A stretch of DNA of 46,682 bases, taken from positions 1 to 46,682 of the forward strand of contig QMRW01000001.1 of assembly GCA_003650785.1 (NCBI GenBank). The letters run 5' to 3'. A program made the position numbers and the translations under genes. The notes beneath the pieces are model-generated. The model searched no databases. It worked only from the letters and a program-made list of their open reading frames with translations, and was not told where the DNA came from. The DNA comes from Thermoprotei archaeon. GTDB lineage: Archaea > Thermoproteota > Thermoprotei > Thermofilales > B20-G17. Below are positions 46,092-46,682 of this stretch, piece by piece; within the stretch, counting starts at the first letter, position 1; each line of letters starts with the position of its first letter.

Positions 46092-46171
46092 CCATTACTA
46101 GTATAATGCTGGAGTAAAATATGTTTCCCTAAGGCTACCTATGAGCTATTTTTACTCTGCTTTATTGAGTA

Positions 46172-46682
46172 TTAGCGTCTTAATATTCTCCAGGCAATTA
46201 AAGCTAAGACTATGATCACTACTATAATTGCTACATAAATCCACACTGGAAATCCTCCTACTAGTAGTGGTTTTAGGGTTACTTTGGGAGTGATCTCTAT
46301 CCCCTGAACAGAGGGGATGATAGAAGCGAAGGCCTTCAATCCTAGTGGCCATTCCAATTTCTCAACCCATCCTACAGTCCAGTAAGTTTTTAACCACTTA
46401 ATAGGGGGGTGTCGGTAGAATATTATTTGAATAAGTACAGTATTGTCTACTGATATCCTGTATACACCTTTAGTGGGTAGAGGGATCCACTCATCTGCTC
46501 TAACTTTACGAGGAACACCATCGATCATTACTGTGGTATCTCTATAGGCGAATAGGTACGCCTCTCCCTCTGGAATATAAATACATGCGGATTCTCCTGC
46601 TCTTAGACCCATAAATGAAATACCAGTTCCTATAAACCAGTCTCCCATTAGAACTACAATGGGTTTATCGGACTCTATAATC
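46172..46682 (-). CDS. hypothetical protein with C-terminal transmembrane anchor; N-terminus lies outside the window
   Basis: The frame stays open past the ATG at 46648 to the window edge. The C-terminus FPVWIYVAIIVVIIVLALIAWRILRR is a hydrophobic anchor plus a basic tail. Confidence 0.5.
   Translation of the reverse strand, partial: IIESDKPIVVLMGDWFIGTGISFMGLRAGESACIYIPEGEAYLFAYRDTTVMIDGVPRKVRADEWIPLPTKGVYRISVDNTVLIQIIFYRHPPIKWLKTYWTVGWVEKLEWPLGLKAFASIIPSVQGIEITPKVTLKPLLVGGFPVWIYVAIIVVIIVLALIAWRILRR

Noticed and set aside
46077-46096. T-arm-like hairpin (aatgg-ttcatcat-ccatt) suggesting a tRNA.
   Set aside because: The loop is 8 nt, the stem is AT-rich for a hyperthermophile, and there are no acceptor/D/anticodon arms. 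The TCATCAT is better explained as the C box of the minus-strand sRNA candidate.
46152-46352. 66-aa ORF overlapping the 3' end of the 46172-46682 gene.
   Set aside because: It is on the same strand in a different frame, fully overlapped by a longer ORF with a clear C-terminal membrane anchor.
1-46682. Scan for CRISPR repeats, IS elements/transposases, integrases, tRNA/rRNA genes and ORB-type replication-origin boxes.
   Set aside because: I found no regularly spaced direct repeats, no transposase/integrase-like translations, no GC-rich cloverleaf-sized islands other than the sRNA candidate, and no CCAGTGGAAA-type ORB cores in the long spacers.

Overview
Gene-dense, visibly AT-rich chromosomal segment. 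The protein set includes archaeal two-subunit PheRS, ThrRS with the archaea-specific N-terminal editing domain, a two-subunit 2-oxoacid:ferredoxin oxidoreductase, an NfnAB-like oxidoreductase, SufC/SufBD, type III RuBisCO and ribose-1,5-bisphosphate isomerase. Together with the I/K/E/R/Y-rich composition, this points to a hyperthermophilic crenarchaeon (Desulfurococcales-like; the lineage is inference). I call 43 protein-coding genes (two cut by the window edges), one candidate C/D-box sRNA, a few TATA-like promoter candidates and oligo-T terminator candidates. I saw no rRNA, tRNA, CRISPR array, transposase or integrase. Most of the window is housekeeping or central metabolism. Worth a second look: (1) A tightly packed four-gene operon at 39119-43434 translationally couples a HerA/FtsK-type P-loop ATPase to an Fe-S (XPD/Rad3-type) SF2 helicase, preceded by an unrecognisable 206-aa protein and an ACT-domain protein, and followed by a 465-aa orphan. 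This is my best candidate for an undescribed DNA-processing or defence-like module. (2) Type III RuBisCO is embedded in a sugar/inositol-like cluster (FGGY kinase, IolB-type cupin, two xylose-isomerase-fold TIM barrels, a SAM methyltransferase), with the R15P isomerase about 4.4 kb away. (3) Two ATGA-coupled eIF-2B-family paralogs: one keeps the R15P-isomerase Cys/Asp pair, the other has Ser/Glu. They share a sharply bounded 68-nt perfectly identical tract. (4) An NAD kinase is fused to a C-terminal winged-helix domain, next to a degenerate uracil-phosphoribosyltransferase-like protein. (5) A radical-SAM enzyme with three extra Fe-S motifs sits beside a DUF362-ferredoxin gene that has a second paralog in the window. 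All functional calls come from motif recognition by eye in the supplied translations; no database search was run.
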